DNA of 62,674 bases, counting the filler, from Vannella sp. (taxonomy: Eukaryota): the NCBI GenBank assembly GCA_023345925.1. It is 5 parts of 5 records of this genome, joined end to end, with 100 filler letters (N's around TTAATTAATTAA, not from the genome) between each part and the next. Parts side by side here need not be neighbours in the genome. Positions count along the whole stretch, not along the records: positions 6,275 to 20,453 come from JAJQQN010000214.1; positions 20,554 to 45,239 come from JAJQQN010001404.1; 3 more parts are not named here. One strand, 5' to 3'. The translations under genes were made by a program, and so were the position numbers. Positions 9,686-21,717 of the stretch are shown here, piece after piece. The notes under the pieces were generated by a model. The model saw only the letters and a program-made list of their open reading frames with translations. It was not told the DNA's origin and did not search any database. How positions within the stretch are numbered: position 1 is the stretch's first letter; the number at the start of each line of letters is the position of its first letter.

Positions 9686-12600
9686 GTGAGTGGTCTAAGG
9701 GTTCCTGACGTCGAAGTGGACGTCATGAGGGCGGTTTTGGGCATTTGCAGGGCTCCTTCGATGCAGAGCTGTCTCGAGAACATCGCGGACGCTGTCCTGC
9801 AGGTCGTCTTGTTCCAGGTAGAGGCGGATGAGAACGAGAGCCACTTAGTGAACCCAGATGCCACTCCCTTGGTCGATGGAGTGAACCTCCTCGTGGACTT
9901 GGCGAAGAAGAAGGCGGCGCTTTGGTCGGAGACGGACCGGAAGGAGAATCAAGAGCGCATGTTGGAGCTCTGTCGCGAGATTCGTGCATGCACACAGAAG
10001 ATAGCAGACTACTTGCAGCTCCTTCGCTCCGAGGCGTACGACCAGGAGACCAAGGAAGAGTTGCTCTTCGCTGCGAAGAACTGTATGGTCTACGTCGTCC
10101 ATCTGATGGAGCTAGCGGACCAATACGACGTGTACCATGTAGAGACAGCTGCCAGGAAAGTCCACGCACAGCAGAAGGCCATCTTAGCGACTACTCCGCG
10201 CACTTTCCGCGAAGACATCCAAAACTACATCGTCGCTACCAGCACGCTGGGCCAAGAGGTCGTAGGGAGAGCGGACTACATCATCGACCCTCTTATGAAG
10301 GAGACCCTCAACGGGCTCAACAACAAGATCCAGGCCAAGCCCGAGGAGTTAGTGAACCTCACCGCCTACTTGATGAAGTCGCCCAGCGACGGGATGGCTC
10401 GAGACCAGCAGGAGGAGGTCACTTACACTGTTCAGGCGACTGTTGATGAGGTTGTGGAGATGGCCCGTCTCTCCAGCAAGCAGTTATTCGAAGGCATCCT
10501 CGTCGACCTCGACCCAATCGACCGTGACAAGCTCGTGAACCGCTTCCTCCCCTCAGACTTGAGCTGTGAAGCTCTCATTCAAGCCTTGCACGAGATCCTC
10601 AAGAAGATGGCCGAGAACGTCACCGCAGCCCGCCGCAACCCCAATCTCCTTCAGAAGCTGGTTCGCAACACCAAGGACCTGGCTAGCACGTTCGCCATAC
10701 TCAAGAACCTCGTAGATGGCCTCATCCTAGAGGAGACCGACTACGAGAAGCGCAGGGACCTTCAGGCGGTCCTCCGAGCCCTGGATGAGTCGCTGATGGA
10801 CGTTGTCAAGTCCGTTAGACTCGCCATGAGTGAACCAACCGACCCCAACCTCGATGGGCTCCTCACTGACACAGCCAGCATGGCTAACTTGCTCGAGCGA
10901 CTCCGCCGCATCCTCGAAGGCGCGGAGGACTTTGACCTTCTCAACGGGTCCGTGAGCAAGCTTCAGAACGCCTTGCAGGCTCTCTCACGTGCCATCAATG
11001 ACAAGGACAACCAAGCCATGATTGACGCTACTCGAAGCGCCGTGGCTCGAATGAAGGAGCAATCAGACGCCATAGACGTGAACCCTTCCCTCCTGAAGCT
11101 TGTGGAAGGTACCAAAGCTGCCATGGCTGATCCTTCTGACTTGGAAGCAGCAGAGCGCCTCCGTGCTGCTCTTGACGAGTGCCGTGGCAACACTCACGAC
11201 CTCTCTCCCAACGCTTCTCTGCCGCGATCGAAGCTCCTCAGCAGCGTTCACCAGCTGGACAAGGCCAGTCACATTCTGACCGTTAACGGACGAAGCTCTG
11301 CTTTGTCCGCCACAGCTTCCGCCGCCAACCTGAGAGCGAAGGACTCTCTCACTTCCTCTGCTGCTATCTTCACTGAGGCGTTCCCGCGCACTGTGAAGGC
11401 GATGGAGGGGGCTGTGGACCAAACGCAGCGCGCGAATGACCGCCTCGTGGAGGCTCACGAAGAGAGCAACTTGGAGGATGCTGTGGAGGAGCATCAGTGC
11501 CAGAGGGAGGCCATCTTTGACGTCCTCGAAGCGGCTCTTTTGGGGAACGGGGACTCGGACATTGATGCGTTAATCGATGGAGCAGCCTTCCTGGAGCATG
11601 TCCTTGGCAAATGGACGGATTCCACTCGCAAGGGAGACTCCTTTGTGGCTCAGGACGCTGCTAGAATGAGTGAGAACCTTGTTGGCAAGCAAAGACTCTT
11701 GGCGGAGATGATTGCCAAGCGTAAGATCGCTCCTCAGTCCCACAGTAAGGCCGACAAGATGCTTCAATCCTGCCAGAAGCTCTCTCAACACCAACAGGAG
11801 ATCCCAGAAGTCACTGATGCTGTTCTCCAAGACGTTGTTCAACAACCCCGGGCTACTGAAGTGGCCAACTCGATCAAACAGCTCAGCAACAGCATTCTAG
11901 GAGACGTTTTGACTCTGAATGAGATGAGCGACAAGATTGCTGAGCTCAACGTCCAAGTGGACAACACATCAGACCAGATTGACCGAGCTTTGTCTGTCCC
12001 TGGTTCCCAGGCGACGGAGAATCTCGAGCAGTCCCTCGCTATCATTGCAGAGCAGGTTGGCCATCAGAAGTTGTTGTCCAACTGCATTCTTTCTCACTTG
12101 CCAAGTGATGACCAAACGAACCGTCGCGATGACATTCACAAGGCACTAATGGGGGTTGAGAGCACTGTAAACCGCCTGCGCAGTGCTGCAGGGGAGGCTA
12201 CTCAGCCAGGAGCAGACAGAGTTGCAAAGAACAAGTTGAAGAAGGCGTTGGCTGATGTTTGTGTAAAGAGCGAAGCTCTGACCGCTGCGGCACAGCCTTC
12301 TCTTGTGCACCGCATCTTGGCCAATGGCGCTGTATTCAGAGACAGGTGTGGGCTGATTGCTGACCAAACGGATGGGGACCGCGGCTTTGAAGTAGCTACG
12401 GATGGCCAAGCTCTGAAGCGCTTTGAAAAGCAGCTCCAATTGTGTGGTCAAATGGCAAACCAGTGCAAGGAACCTCAATTGAAGCTAGTCACTCGTAAGC
12501 TTGTTGAGTTTGGAGCCAAAAACACGGAACAGGCCAAAGCTATCGTTCCTCAGGCCACACAAGTCGCTCATGTGGCTCCTGTCTTCGACACTCTCGCCCA

Positions 12601-13245
12601 GATTAACGAAAAGTTGATGATTGCTGCTGAGCGAGCAGCAAACTGCTCTTCTCAGGTGGAGCCAACAACGTTGGCAGGAGCGGCACAATATATGTTGGAC
12701 GCTTCCGAGTTGTTGCTGGAGGACGACTCGCCAAAGGGTCAGCTGATTGCGCTTGCCAAGCGTATTGCTGTAGAGCTTAAGAAAATGTCTGACAGTGCTG
12801 ATGAGCGCAACAAGCGCGGAATTATCACCAGCGCTCGGACCATCTCCCAAATGACCAATGATGTTGTGAAGATTGCCGCCACAATCCCCACGGACCCGGC
12901 TTTCAACCGCTTCCGCAATGAGATGATGAGTATGGCTCACTCTGCTCGCAACTACTCTGTGGTATGTATTTGGGATACTCTAGGCGCCAAAGAGTCTCTG
13001 ACTTGGAACTTTCCTTTTTTGTAGCAATTGAAGATTCTGGCGGCAGTGAAGACTGCTTCTCCCGATAACGACCCAACCGCGGACACTCAATTGATTACTT
13101 GCGCGAAGGGATTGGCCCAATCTGTTATGGAGGTAAGAGAATGTCACTCCTTCTCAAGGCCCTCTTTGGCTCATCTCTCTCTCAGACTGTCAACGGAGCC
13201 GAAGTTCTCGATCTCAAGAACGCCAACAAGCAGAACAGCGCCTAA
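9686..13245 (+). CDS. Vinculin/alpha-catenin family protein (~1,170 aa; start uncertain)
   Basis: N-terminal D1-like SMQSCLENIADAVLQVVLFQVEA..LVDGVNLLVDLAK and helical-bundle body. Tail domain QLIALAKRIAVELKKMS..KRGIITSARTIS..SV|QLKILAAVK..QLITCAKGLAQSVME|TVNGAE after introns 12962-13024 and 13133-13186. Confidence 0.85.
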
Positions 13246-13331
13246 ACATTCGTTACTCCCAACTAGTGCAGAGGTAAAGAGGGGCTGGGGACGGGAGAGT
13301 GACTGGAAGAAAGAAGTGTTCGAAGGAGAGT

Positions 13332-15529
13332 TTACTTTTCGGGTACAATCGCTCTTATCGAGTCGCTGATTCGCTCAAAAGTTGGCCTTTTGGAAGGCTT
13401 ATCATGCCAGCATTGTGCAATAAGCTTGGCCCACACTTTGGGAACATGCTTGGGCAGTTTGGGACGAAGGCCTTTGGTCACTTGCAGAGGCACACTGAAA
13501 GAGTCCGTCCCTGCAAAGGGCAGTTCGCGGGCGAATAACTCAAAGAGAACCATGGCAAAGCTGTACACATCCACCTTTTCTGTGTAACTGCCGCCAGCAA
13601 ACATTTCTGGGGCCATCCAGAACACCGTTCCGATGTTTCCCGTCATTGTCGACGAATCGGCCACGCGGGACGCGCCGTAGTCAATGATTTTGCATCGACT
13701 GTTGGCGGTAATCTACGTTGAATGAGTGATAGAACTAATTGAGCGTTAAAGATCACCCACCAAGATGTTAAGGGACTTCAAATCTCGGTGGATGATGCCC
13801 AAGGAATGCAAATAGCCCATTCCACAAGCAATGTCTGTGGCGTAGGTGTGGATGAGTCTCTCTGGAAGAGGTTCTTTGCTTTCCCCTTTGTACAAAGAGT
13901 CGTGCAGATCTCCCCCAGCGACATATTCTGTTACCAGGAAACAATTCTCCTTTGTGAATCCCGCTCCAACGATGTTGACCAGACAGGGATGTCTCAAAAG
14001 GCTGAACAAGAACTGTTAGAACCTCATAGCCTCTATGCAGGAGGTAGACTTGCCTCATCATCGCGACTTCGCGGTAAAACTCTTTGAGTGGAGCTCCCTC
14101 GATGAACTCTTTGTAGGCTACGATGGCACCGTTGTACTCTGCTCGGAAAACGATGGCTGTTCCTCCCTTCCCCACGAGCTCCTGCTTGGTGATCTCGCTT
14201 TCCTTGATGATGTGATGAAGGGACACGGCTCCTTCCGAACAGAGATCCAGGACGCTTCCTAAGCAGTTCTCTTTGAAGAGAAGATCAAGGACGTCTTTGC
14301 GGGCCATCTCAATAGGCAGTGTGGGTCTGGAAGAGACCAAATAAGCCTCCCATCGATCCCAAGTGCCGTGGAAGTGACTTACTTGTCCGATTGGATGTAG
14401 TGAGTCAGAGCTGCAGTCGCTGCAAGCTGCATAGGAAGATTGCCCGCATCAGAGACCCACGAGAGAAGCCAGTTGACCTCTTGGCGGCTCAGAATGCCGC
14501 GCCGAACAAGTTCGTTTCTCTTCACAATCGCGTTAAACGTCTTCTTGCGGCTGTCATCCGTTACTGGGGGCATAGAATGGGCCTTCTCAAGGCGCAGTGT
14601 GACCTTCTCGGGACTCAGAGAGAGCGGGAGGAAGAGCATCTTGCGGTGGGCCAAAGCCATCTGCCACACGAGATGCTCATGGGACAGAAGGTCTGTGCCG
14701 CCGCCATCCAAGTGAATGGTTATGTGACGAAGTGTTTTGGGTGCCTGAGAGGCCCTTGAAGTGTGCGAGCGCTCCACATCGCGAGTGCGCGTGCGCCCTT
14801 TGGGATCTTTCTCGATCTGCGCTTCCGACTGGAAGATGCCAGGGATCTTTAAGTTCTTCCTGAGAGGAACATCCTCCGTCTTAGCGATAGGTACCGTAGA
14901 GGCGGACTGCGGGGCTCTAGAGGAGAGCAAAGGGGCTTCGTATAGGTTGACAACATGAAGGAGAGCTGCGCGCATTGCGTGGTAGCCAGCCAGGGAGCTG
15001 TGTTGGTCCAAGGCAACAAACAGTAATCGGGTGGCGTCATGGTTGATGGTGCAGTCGACAGGGGTGTTCGGGGGAAGGTCGCCCAAATAGCGGTTGAGAA
15101 TCAGTTCTTCCAGCTTCTCCTTCTTCCCGTACCTCCTACACATGATAGAGAGTCAATGTATGCACCTAATGAACAGACGAGACGGCCTTACACGCTCAAG
15201 GTGTTGGCAAGGGAGCCGGGCGCACAAGGCCCGAGGGGGGAAGCGCAGAACACGATGTAAACATCTGTAGCAGGCGTGCGGTTCAGTGGAGAGAACGGAT
15301 CTAACCCTGTTGTATACGCCAAGTTATTAGAATGCCCAAAGAACTCGTACACAGCCGCCTGGCTCTCCGCGCTCTCCACCACAAAGTGAGTCTCAGCACC
15401 TTGCAGCGCCGTCGGTTTCCTCCGCTTCCTCGCACTCTCCTTCGCACTCGCACAGTCTTCCGTCTCCCCATGCGAGCCAATCTCCAAGCTCGTCACCTTC
15501 CCAGCCCGCGGAGTCTTCCGAGTGGACAT
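13332..15529 (-). CDS. Tyrosine-kinase-like (TKL) protein kinase with uncharacterised N-terminal region; multi-exon
   Basis: VGKGGTAIV, VAYK, FYREVAMM|SLLRHP, IIHRDLKSLNIL, KIIDYG, GTVFWMAPE, KVDVYSF and CWHDKPSKRPTF are spread over ORFs 13768..14340, 13746..14009 and 13332..13664. Joining of the N-terminal exons is inferred. Confidence 0.85.
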
Positions 15530-15606
15530 GAGGGGACAGGGAGGAGCGGCCGACCGGAAAATGACACTCAGAAGGCCTCTTTATGAGCTCCACAGGACGG
15601 GGATAC

Positions 15607-18600
15607 TCAGGGAAGGGGCGGCCACGTAGACTGGAGGAGGGAATGGGCGTTGGAAGACACCCAAAGCTGAAGGGCGTCGAGGAGGAAGGCTGGCGACTTC
15701 TTCCAGGCTTGGAAGAGGGCTTTGCGGGTGAGTACGTGGTGCTGGGCGAGGGTCTCGACGAGGAGATTGACCTTTTTGATGTTCCAGGCCGACGTGATGA
15801 GCGAGGGCTGCGCTGTGAGCTGATCTTTGAACTGGCCAAAGTACGGGAGGACCTCTCCCGCGATGAGGTGGCGTGCGAACCACTTGTACGCGTCCAGACA
15901 CTCAGGATAGACTGTTAGTTGAGGGGGGAGAGTCCATCCGCCACTGTAGGAAGGGCGGGCGGTGCACAGAATAGCATCGCGCTCCTTGTCGTAGCTTGGT
16001 TCGGGTGCGGAGAGGATCTTACTGACATCACAGAGTGTCTTACTTAGGCTAGGAAGCCATGCAGAGGAGATGGCAGTCAGGCCCTTCATGTAAGTCTTCT
16101 TTTCGGTCTGATGAAGCTCGGTAAAGACGACATAGTCGGGCAGAGGCCTTTGCTGGAAGAGAATAGAGGTTGGGTGGATGTAGACAGGAAGGTTAGTAGT
16201 GCAGCAGATGTACTGGTGCTTGGAGGGGCGCTGATTCTCCTCTTCGAGAACCAGAGGCTGGTTCCTGGCCAGAGTGGCAACACGGTCATTCAGGCCGCTG
16301 GTAATGATCTGGCGCAGTATCATCTCTTGCTTTGCCGAAGGAGGCTGCAAATGGCTCTTCTGCCCCTTCCGGTCGGCCAGAACGCGGAGGATGGATTGTT
16401 CGCGTTCGTCCGCTTCCATTTCGGTGCAGCCTTCCTCGCTTTTGGTGTCTGTCAGATGTTCAATGATCTCTGTTAGCTGTAGACGCAGCATGTGGATCTC
16501 TTTCATCGAGCGCTCGTGCAGGAAGTTCTCTCGACAGAACGCCAACGGATCTTGGCCTTGGGCCAGAACGGAGTATTCGTACGCTCCGATGGCACGCAAG
16601 ACTGTTAAGAGGTCACTGAGAGGATGCAGCCAGCGTTTGTGAGCTTCCAAGGCCGATTTGTTCTGCCTTTTGCTAATGCGCCGTTCTCCCTTGGACTCTT
16701 CTTCGCTTGCTTCGGCATCCGCTTCTTCTTCCTCGTCTGATGTCGGCCTCAGCAATGGATAAGACTGGACGCTCAGGGCAGCGACAATCGCAATGATATA
16801 AGGCATACAAGCGCCTTGCTTTCCCAGAGACAACATTTTGGCGAAGCGGGGGCTCACCGGGAACAGAGAGAGCGTTCTTCCCACTTTGGTGACTTTCGCG
16901 TAAATCATTTCTTCCTCTGCTTTGAGTATGTCCTTGGCGCTGGCCCCAGCCGTGGAGATGGTCTCCAAAGCTTCAAGGCTTTGAAGAGTCATAACGGCTT
17001 GCCTGATAGCAGAGCGTTCGGGAGGAGTGGGAAAAGGAAACTCTTCCACCTTGTCTATGCCCATGCACTTCATCTGAAGGACGACTCCGTCAATTGGAGT
17101 CTGGACAATCTCTGGAGCAGTGAATTTGGGAAAGTAGTCGTTGTACACTGCGCTGCTGAAGAGTCTGTAGCAATGGCCCGCTGAGACTCGGCCCGCTCGA
17201 CCGGCGCGTTGGTCACATGAAGCTTGCGAGGTCCAACCAACCTCAAACCGACTCATCCCGGAAACCCCTTCGAAGGTCTTCATCTTGACTTTCCCGGTAT
17301 CAACAACGTATTTGATGCCTGGGATGGTTACTGAAGTCTCTGCCACGTTGGTGGCTACGACAATCAATCGGGCTCCGTTTGGGACGGGGTCAAAGACCTT
17401 CAGTTGTTGTTCTGTTCGAAGAAGAGAATAGAGAGGAAGAACTTGCATACCGCTGTACTCTTCGCCATCGTCCAGTTGGTCTTCTGCTGAGCGCACTCTC
17501 TTTCGGAGGGGGAATGCTTGTCTCAGCTTCTTGCACATTCCTTCTATCTCTTGCTGGCCAGTCAAGAAGATAAGAATTCCTCCTGGAGGAAGCCGTTCAT
17601 GAATCTTGACTGCCTTACGGAAGGCTTCCTCCTCGTACGAGTCCAAAGGCGTCACTCTGTTAAAGTGAATCGTAACTGGATACATTCTTGCGGCAATATG
17701 AATGACAGGAGGCACCTGGTTGAAGAGAGTTCGGTTGTTAACAAAGTCCTCGACCCGCAAAGTCGCTGACATTATCACAAGTGACAAAGACCGAACCGGT
17801 TTCCCGTCCCTAATAGTTCCAGAAGCTGCCAGCTTTCTCCTCAGCGGTACAATTCGAGAAAGGAGACCGATAAGAATGTCAGTGTTGATGTTCCGTTCGT
17901 GTGCTTCATCCAACAAGATAGCAGAGTAGCGGGTGAGAAGGAAATCTGAATGTAACTCCCGCAGGAGGACACCATCCGTCATGAACTTTAGGCGAGTCTT
18001 AGAAGACACTTTCTTCTGATAGCGAACTTGGTAGCCGACCTCTTCTCCCAGCTCCACTCCCATTTCAGCTGCGACCCGCTGAGAGACACTGACGGCTGCT
18101 ACTCGCCGAGGCTGCGTGACGGCGATTAGACCTTCGCGAGGGGTATTTGATTGACCATAGCCTGCTTCGAACATGAATTGAGGCACCTGCGTGGTCTTTC
18201 CAGACCCCGTCTCTCCGCAAATGATCACAACTGGGTTCTCCATGATTGCCTCCATGATGGCTTGCTCTTCCATGTAGATAGGAAGTTGAGTGCGTGTCTC
18301 TTCGAGCTCTGCTGGTCTGTTCAGATGCGCCACGCTCTTCGCTGGAGGGGAAATCGCTTTCTTCTCCGGAGCAGGAGCTGCTGGGACTGTCTGAAGGGAC
18401 TCTTTCAGCTGTGTAGTGCTCGTAGAGCCCTCTTCATCACTGCTGAAGCCACCTTCATCGTCAAGGACCCTCTGGCGCTTGGAAGGAGGCTGATCTTCGT
18501 CATCATTGGGCAAAGGCACAAAAAAGCCTTTGTTCTTGTTCGTTGGAGCCAAGCCCTTCTGCTTCCGTGGTCTCTTCTTCCTAGAGCTGATCCCTTCATC

Positions 18601-19261
18601 CTCCCCGCTGTTACCAAGACTGAGAAGAGGACGGGGAGCCGGCGCTTTCACTTCTGGAACGACAGGAGCCGGCAGATCCGCTTCACTAGCTCTCTGATCA
18701 GGTACTAAGAGAGATCATAACACAAAGGATCACTTACTCTGGCAGCTCGACCTCTTGGAATAGATGAACATCCTTATCTGCCTCTAAACCGAGGCGAACC
18801 TTCTTCAAGGCTAGCTTGAGCTTCTGTTTGGTTGTATCAACCTGTCCAATCCTTGCAGAGGACTTCATAACCGCGCTCTGGTCTGCAGAGAGCTGGTTCT
18901 TGGCGAGAGAAGCGTAAAGATCCTCGCGCGTGTCCCGTTTCAGTTTTCGCTCTCTCAGCACTTGGAGGCGCTTCTTCTGCTTGCTAGTTAGCTTAGCATT
19001 CTCCTTACGCTCCAGGTAATCCTTCTGATCAGCAGAGAGCTCTGTCCGCGTCTCCTTCTTGGAGATGATCACGTCCAACCCCTCTGACCACGCTGGTTTC
19101 TCCTCCACCGGTAGAGGAACCTGGACTCGCTTGACCACCACTTCCTCCTCATCCCCCTCTTGCTCCAAATACTCGCGACTATCCATAAACTCAGCCCGAG
19201 CCGACGAACGAAGAGTTTTCCGCTCTCGTCCTCGCGCGCGTGTCGCCTTCTTCTTCACCAT
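15607..19261 (-). CDS. DHX37: DEAH-box RNA helicase DHX37/Dhr1 (18S rRNA biogenesis); 2 or more exons
   Basis: GETGSGKTTQVPQF, TQPRRVAA, DEAH, MSATLRVEDF, QRAGRAGR, HA2/OB fold and the Dhr1-type C-terminal WFARHLIAGEV. N-terminal exon ~18738-19261 has the Dhr1-like LTSKQKKRLQ...LYASLAKNQL. Confidence 0.93.
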
Positions 19262-19659
19262 CCCTCCACAACAATGACAGCTTGATTGATTCCTTACATC
19301 TATCATTCCTCGCTCGTGAGGCCTCTTCACCTCCTCGATAGGAAGAAGGCTGGTTTGAAGAGTCTTTGAAGAGGGTCGAGCTTGAGCTCAGGATGGTGAC
19401 ATCAGGAGTTGGAGCTCTGTAGACATCAGGAGTTGGAGACTGTAGACAGCGTTGCAGAACGGAGGTAGCTAGTGACTGGGCCAGTATGTGGTGCTGCTGA
19501 ACCAAGGGAGAAGGTGCCTTGGGTCCGTGAATGTTGCCCTAGCCTCATTGTTGGTGGTGCCCCTCGATTTTCTTCTCAGAACCAAAACCGGCTCTGATTG
19601 GACAAAAAGAGAATTCCAAGATTATTCTCAGCACAGGGGAGTGATTCACCGATGGTGAC

Positions 19660-20150
19660 GTGCACATTAGGTCAACTCGATCTTGGATCCACAGAACGAT
19701 CAATGGCTACCTGAAGGGATCCCTTGGACTGTGGGTGGCTACATTCCTTCGTTCTTGATGCGGAGGGAAGTGTATGGCTGGTTGCTCTCGGTCAAAGCTG
19801 TAGCAGGCGTGGAGAAGCCTGGGCAAGTGAAGTACTGCTCCTCCTGTGTGGATCAAGCTTCCACACGAGGTTCGAAACGTCGTCTTCCGGCTGAGTCTCC
19901 TCCACAGCCTCTTGGTCCTCCTTCTGCTCGCTCTTGGAGAAGATTGGCTTCAACAGAGGAGAGGCTCGCCATGCGATTGAGTAGCTTGGCCATGAAGACG
20001 CGCGATCTTCGGGCAGCAGGATGACTTTGGCCATGGGAAGCGATGACCCCTTCGGTTCCATCCAGTCCCATCAGGATGGCAATGAGTAGCGTTTCGAAAC
20101 AGCTTGGGATTCAATGCCCTGGAATTCGCATGGTCAATTAGAAGGACCCT
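19660..20150 (+). pseudogene. Degraded RCC1-repeat gene fragments
   Basis: Frame from 19670 reads GQLDLGSTERSMAT*RDPLDCGWLHSFVLDAEGSVW with an in-frame TGA at 19712. A second fragment WNSHGQL lies at 20120. Both resemble the RCC1 blade consensus (GQLG..CG..HS..L...G.V); there is no intact ORF. Confidence 0.5.
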
Positions 20151-20453
20151 TTGGAATGAACATCATCACGATGTGGTTGCTTTTCACCAGATAACCTCTG
20201 AAAGGGAGATGTTTCTCTATCTCTTGACTGTCAGAGTCAGTTGACAGCTTTGTTCGAAACACGTTCAGTACGATCAGCTCTGGGAAGCTGTAGCCAGATT
20301 GGGTTCATTTCAGCCCAGAAAAAGAAGGATCTTGCTTTCAATTGAGAAGGAAAGGTCTTAGTAATACAACGTTTCATAGATGCGTTGGACCATTCGGAGC
20401 CATCCTCCTATTCTTGAAGGAAAGAGGTTGTTTTGGGATTTATAGTGTTAAGC

Positions 20454-20553
20454 NNNNNNNNNNNNNNNNNNNNNNNNNNNNNNNNNNNNNNNNNNNNTTA
20501 ATTAATTAANNNNNNNNNNNNNNNNNNNNNNNNNNNNNNNNNNNNNNNNNNNN
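20454..20553. other. Artificial contig spacer
   Basis: N-TTAATTAATTAA-N linker. Confidence 0.98.
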
Positions 20554-20649
20554 AACCAACTCTACCACGATGGAGGGCCCCTTGGGAACCAATGCCTTCC
20601 CAAGTGTGCTGAAGGATACGAACAGCAGGGCCGTCGGTGCGCTCAATAA
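20554..20649 (+). CDS. 3' end of a Cys-rich (furin-like/EGF-type) protein, 5'-truncated
   Basis: NQLYHDGGPLGNQCLPKCAEGYEQQGRRCAQ*; the stop is nested in AATAAA. Confidence 0.5.
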   Translation, partial: NQLYHDGGPLGNQCLPKCAEGYEQQGRRCAQ

Positions 20650-20814
20650 AGACTGATTGTTTCTTCCTTTCCTTAGTGGACGGAGAGGAGTGGGCTCGCC
20701 TTGAATGGTCGCATTGGTACTGTGACCCACTTGGGAAGAATGACTTTTCTTTGAGAGCATCGTGTGTTCGTCTCCAATCTGTTTCTGGGCGCATTCCCTC
20801 TCCCCCTTTGAGTG

Positions 20815-21607
20815 ATGGCGCGGGTAATCCGTTTTATCGTGGGCAATCGCGAGTTTCGGACAACAGTGGAGACTCTCACTCGCTCAGAAGGTAGTTTCTT
20901 CTCTGGGTACTTCTCTGGGAGCTTTGAAACCCTCAAGGTTCGCTTGGAACAGCCTCAGACGGCTAACACTGACCTTTCTCTGTCTCTAGACGGAATGCGG
21001 GGCGTTCTTCATAGACCGGAATGGAGACACCTTTGAAATCATCCTTGAATACCTCAGATCAGGCCACATCACCCTCTTGAGCCACGTACCCCTCCCCCTC
21101 TTGCGATCGGAAGCCCAGTTCTACGCTCTGGTGGACTTTCTTGATCAGCTTGAGGTCCTCATAGCAGCTCAAGGACTACAAGAAGACACCAAGAAGGAGC
21201 AGCCGGTGCCACGACTAGACGGGTACTACATCAACGGTGGGAAAGAAGAACACCGGAAGCTGCTCCAATTCCAAGATGGCGGACGCCTCAAGCTCCTCTG
21301 TGGAGTGGACAACATCACCAATGCTCTCGTACTTCATCACATTCAGACGTTGCCACAGATCTGGAAAGAAGACGAGGCGATAGTCGAAGCCTACGCCCGG
21401 TTCACCACCTCGCACTTAAAGAGAGGGACTTATCAAGTGGAAGGCGATGCAATTACTTTCAGAGTGGAGTTGAACGGCCCTCTTCTACCTGGTGTCTTCC
21501 ATCAGGACTTACTGCTTCTCCCAAGCTCACTCAATCGGTTCTGGGCACCTCCCCACTCTTGTGTCCAGTTTGAACAGTTTACCTTTGTCCCTTTCGAAGG
21601 AAAGTAG
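20815..21607 (+). CDS. KCTD-type BTB/POZ (T1) domain protein; 2 exons
   Basis: VIRFIVGNREFRTTVETLT..SFFSGYFSG..|TECGAFFIDRNGDTFEIILEYLRSG..LRSEAQFYAL; intron 20938-20989. Confidence 0.9.
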
Positions 21608-21717
21608 CTCTGAGAGAAGGAGCTCTCATGACGAGAACTGAGAGACATTCGATGTTGGCACAGAACGAACTGGAATGTCACTTATGGGATCTCTATTGAA
21701 TACATGCTGCTCCTCCT

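Noticed and set aside
19712..19714. In-frame TGA in RCC1-like sequence as evidence for recoding or an alternative genetic code
   Set aside because: TGA terminates several intact genes here (ELM2-SANT, DOCK, DUS1, USP) and the surrounding region has other stops; decay is the simpler explanation.
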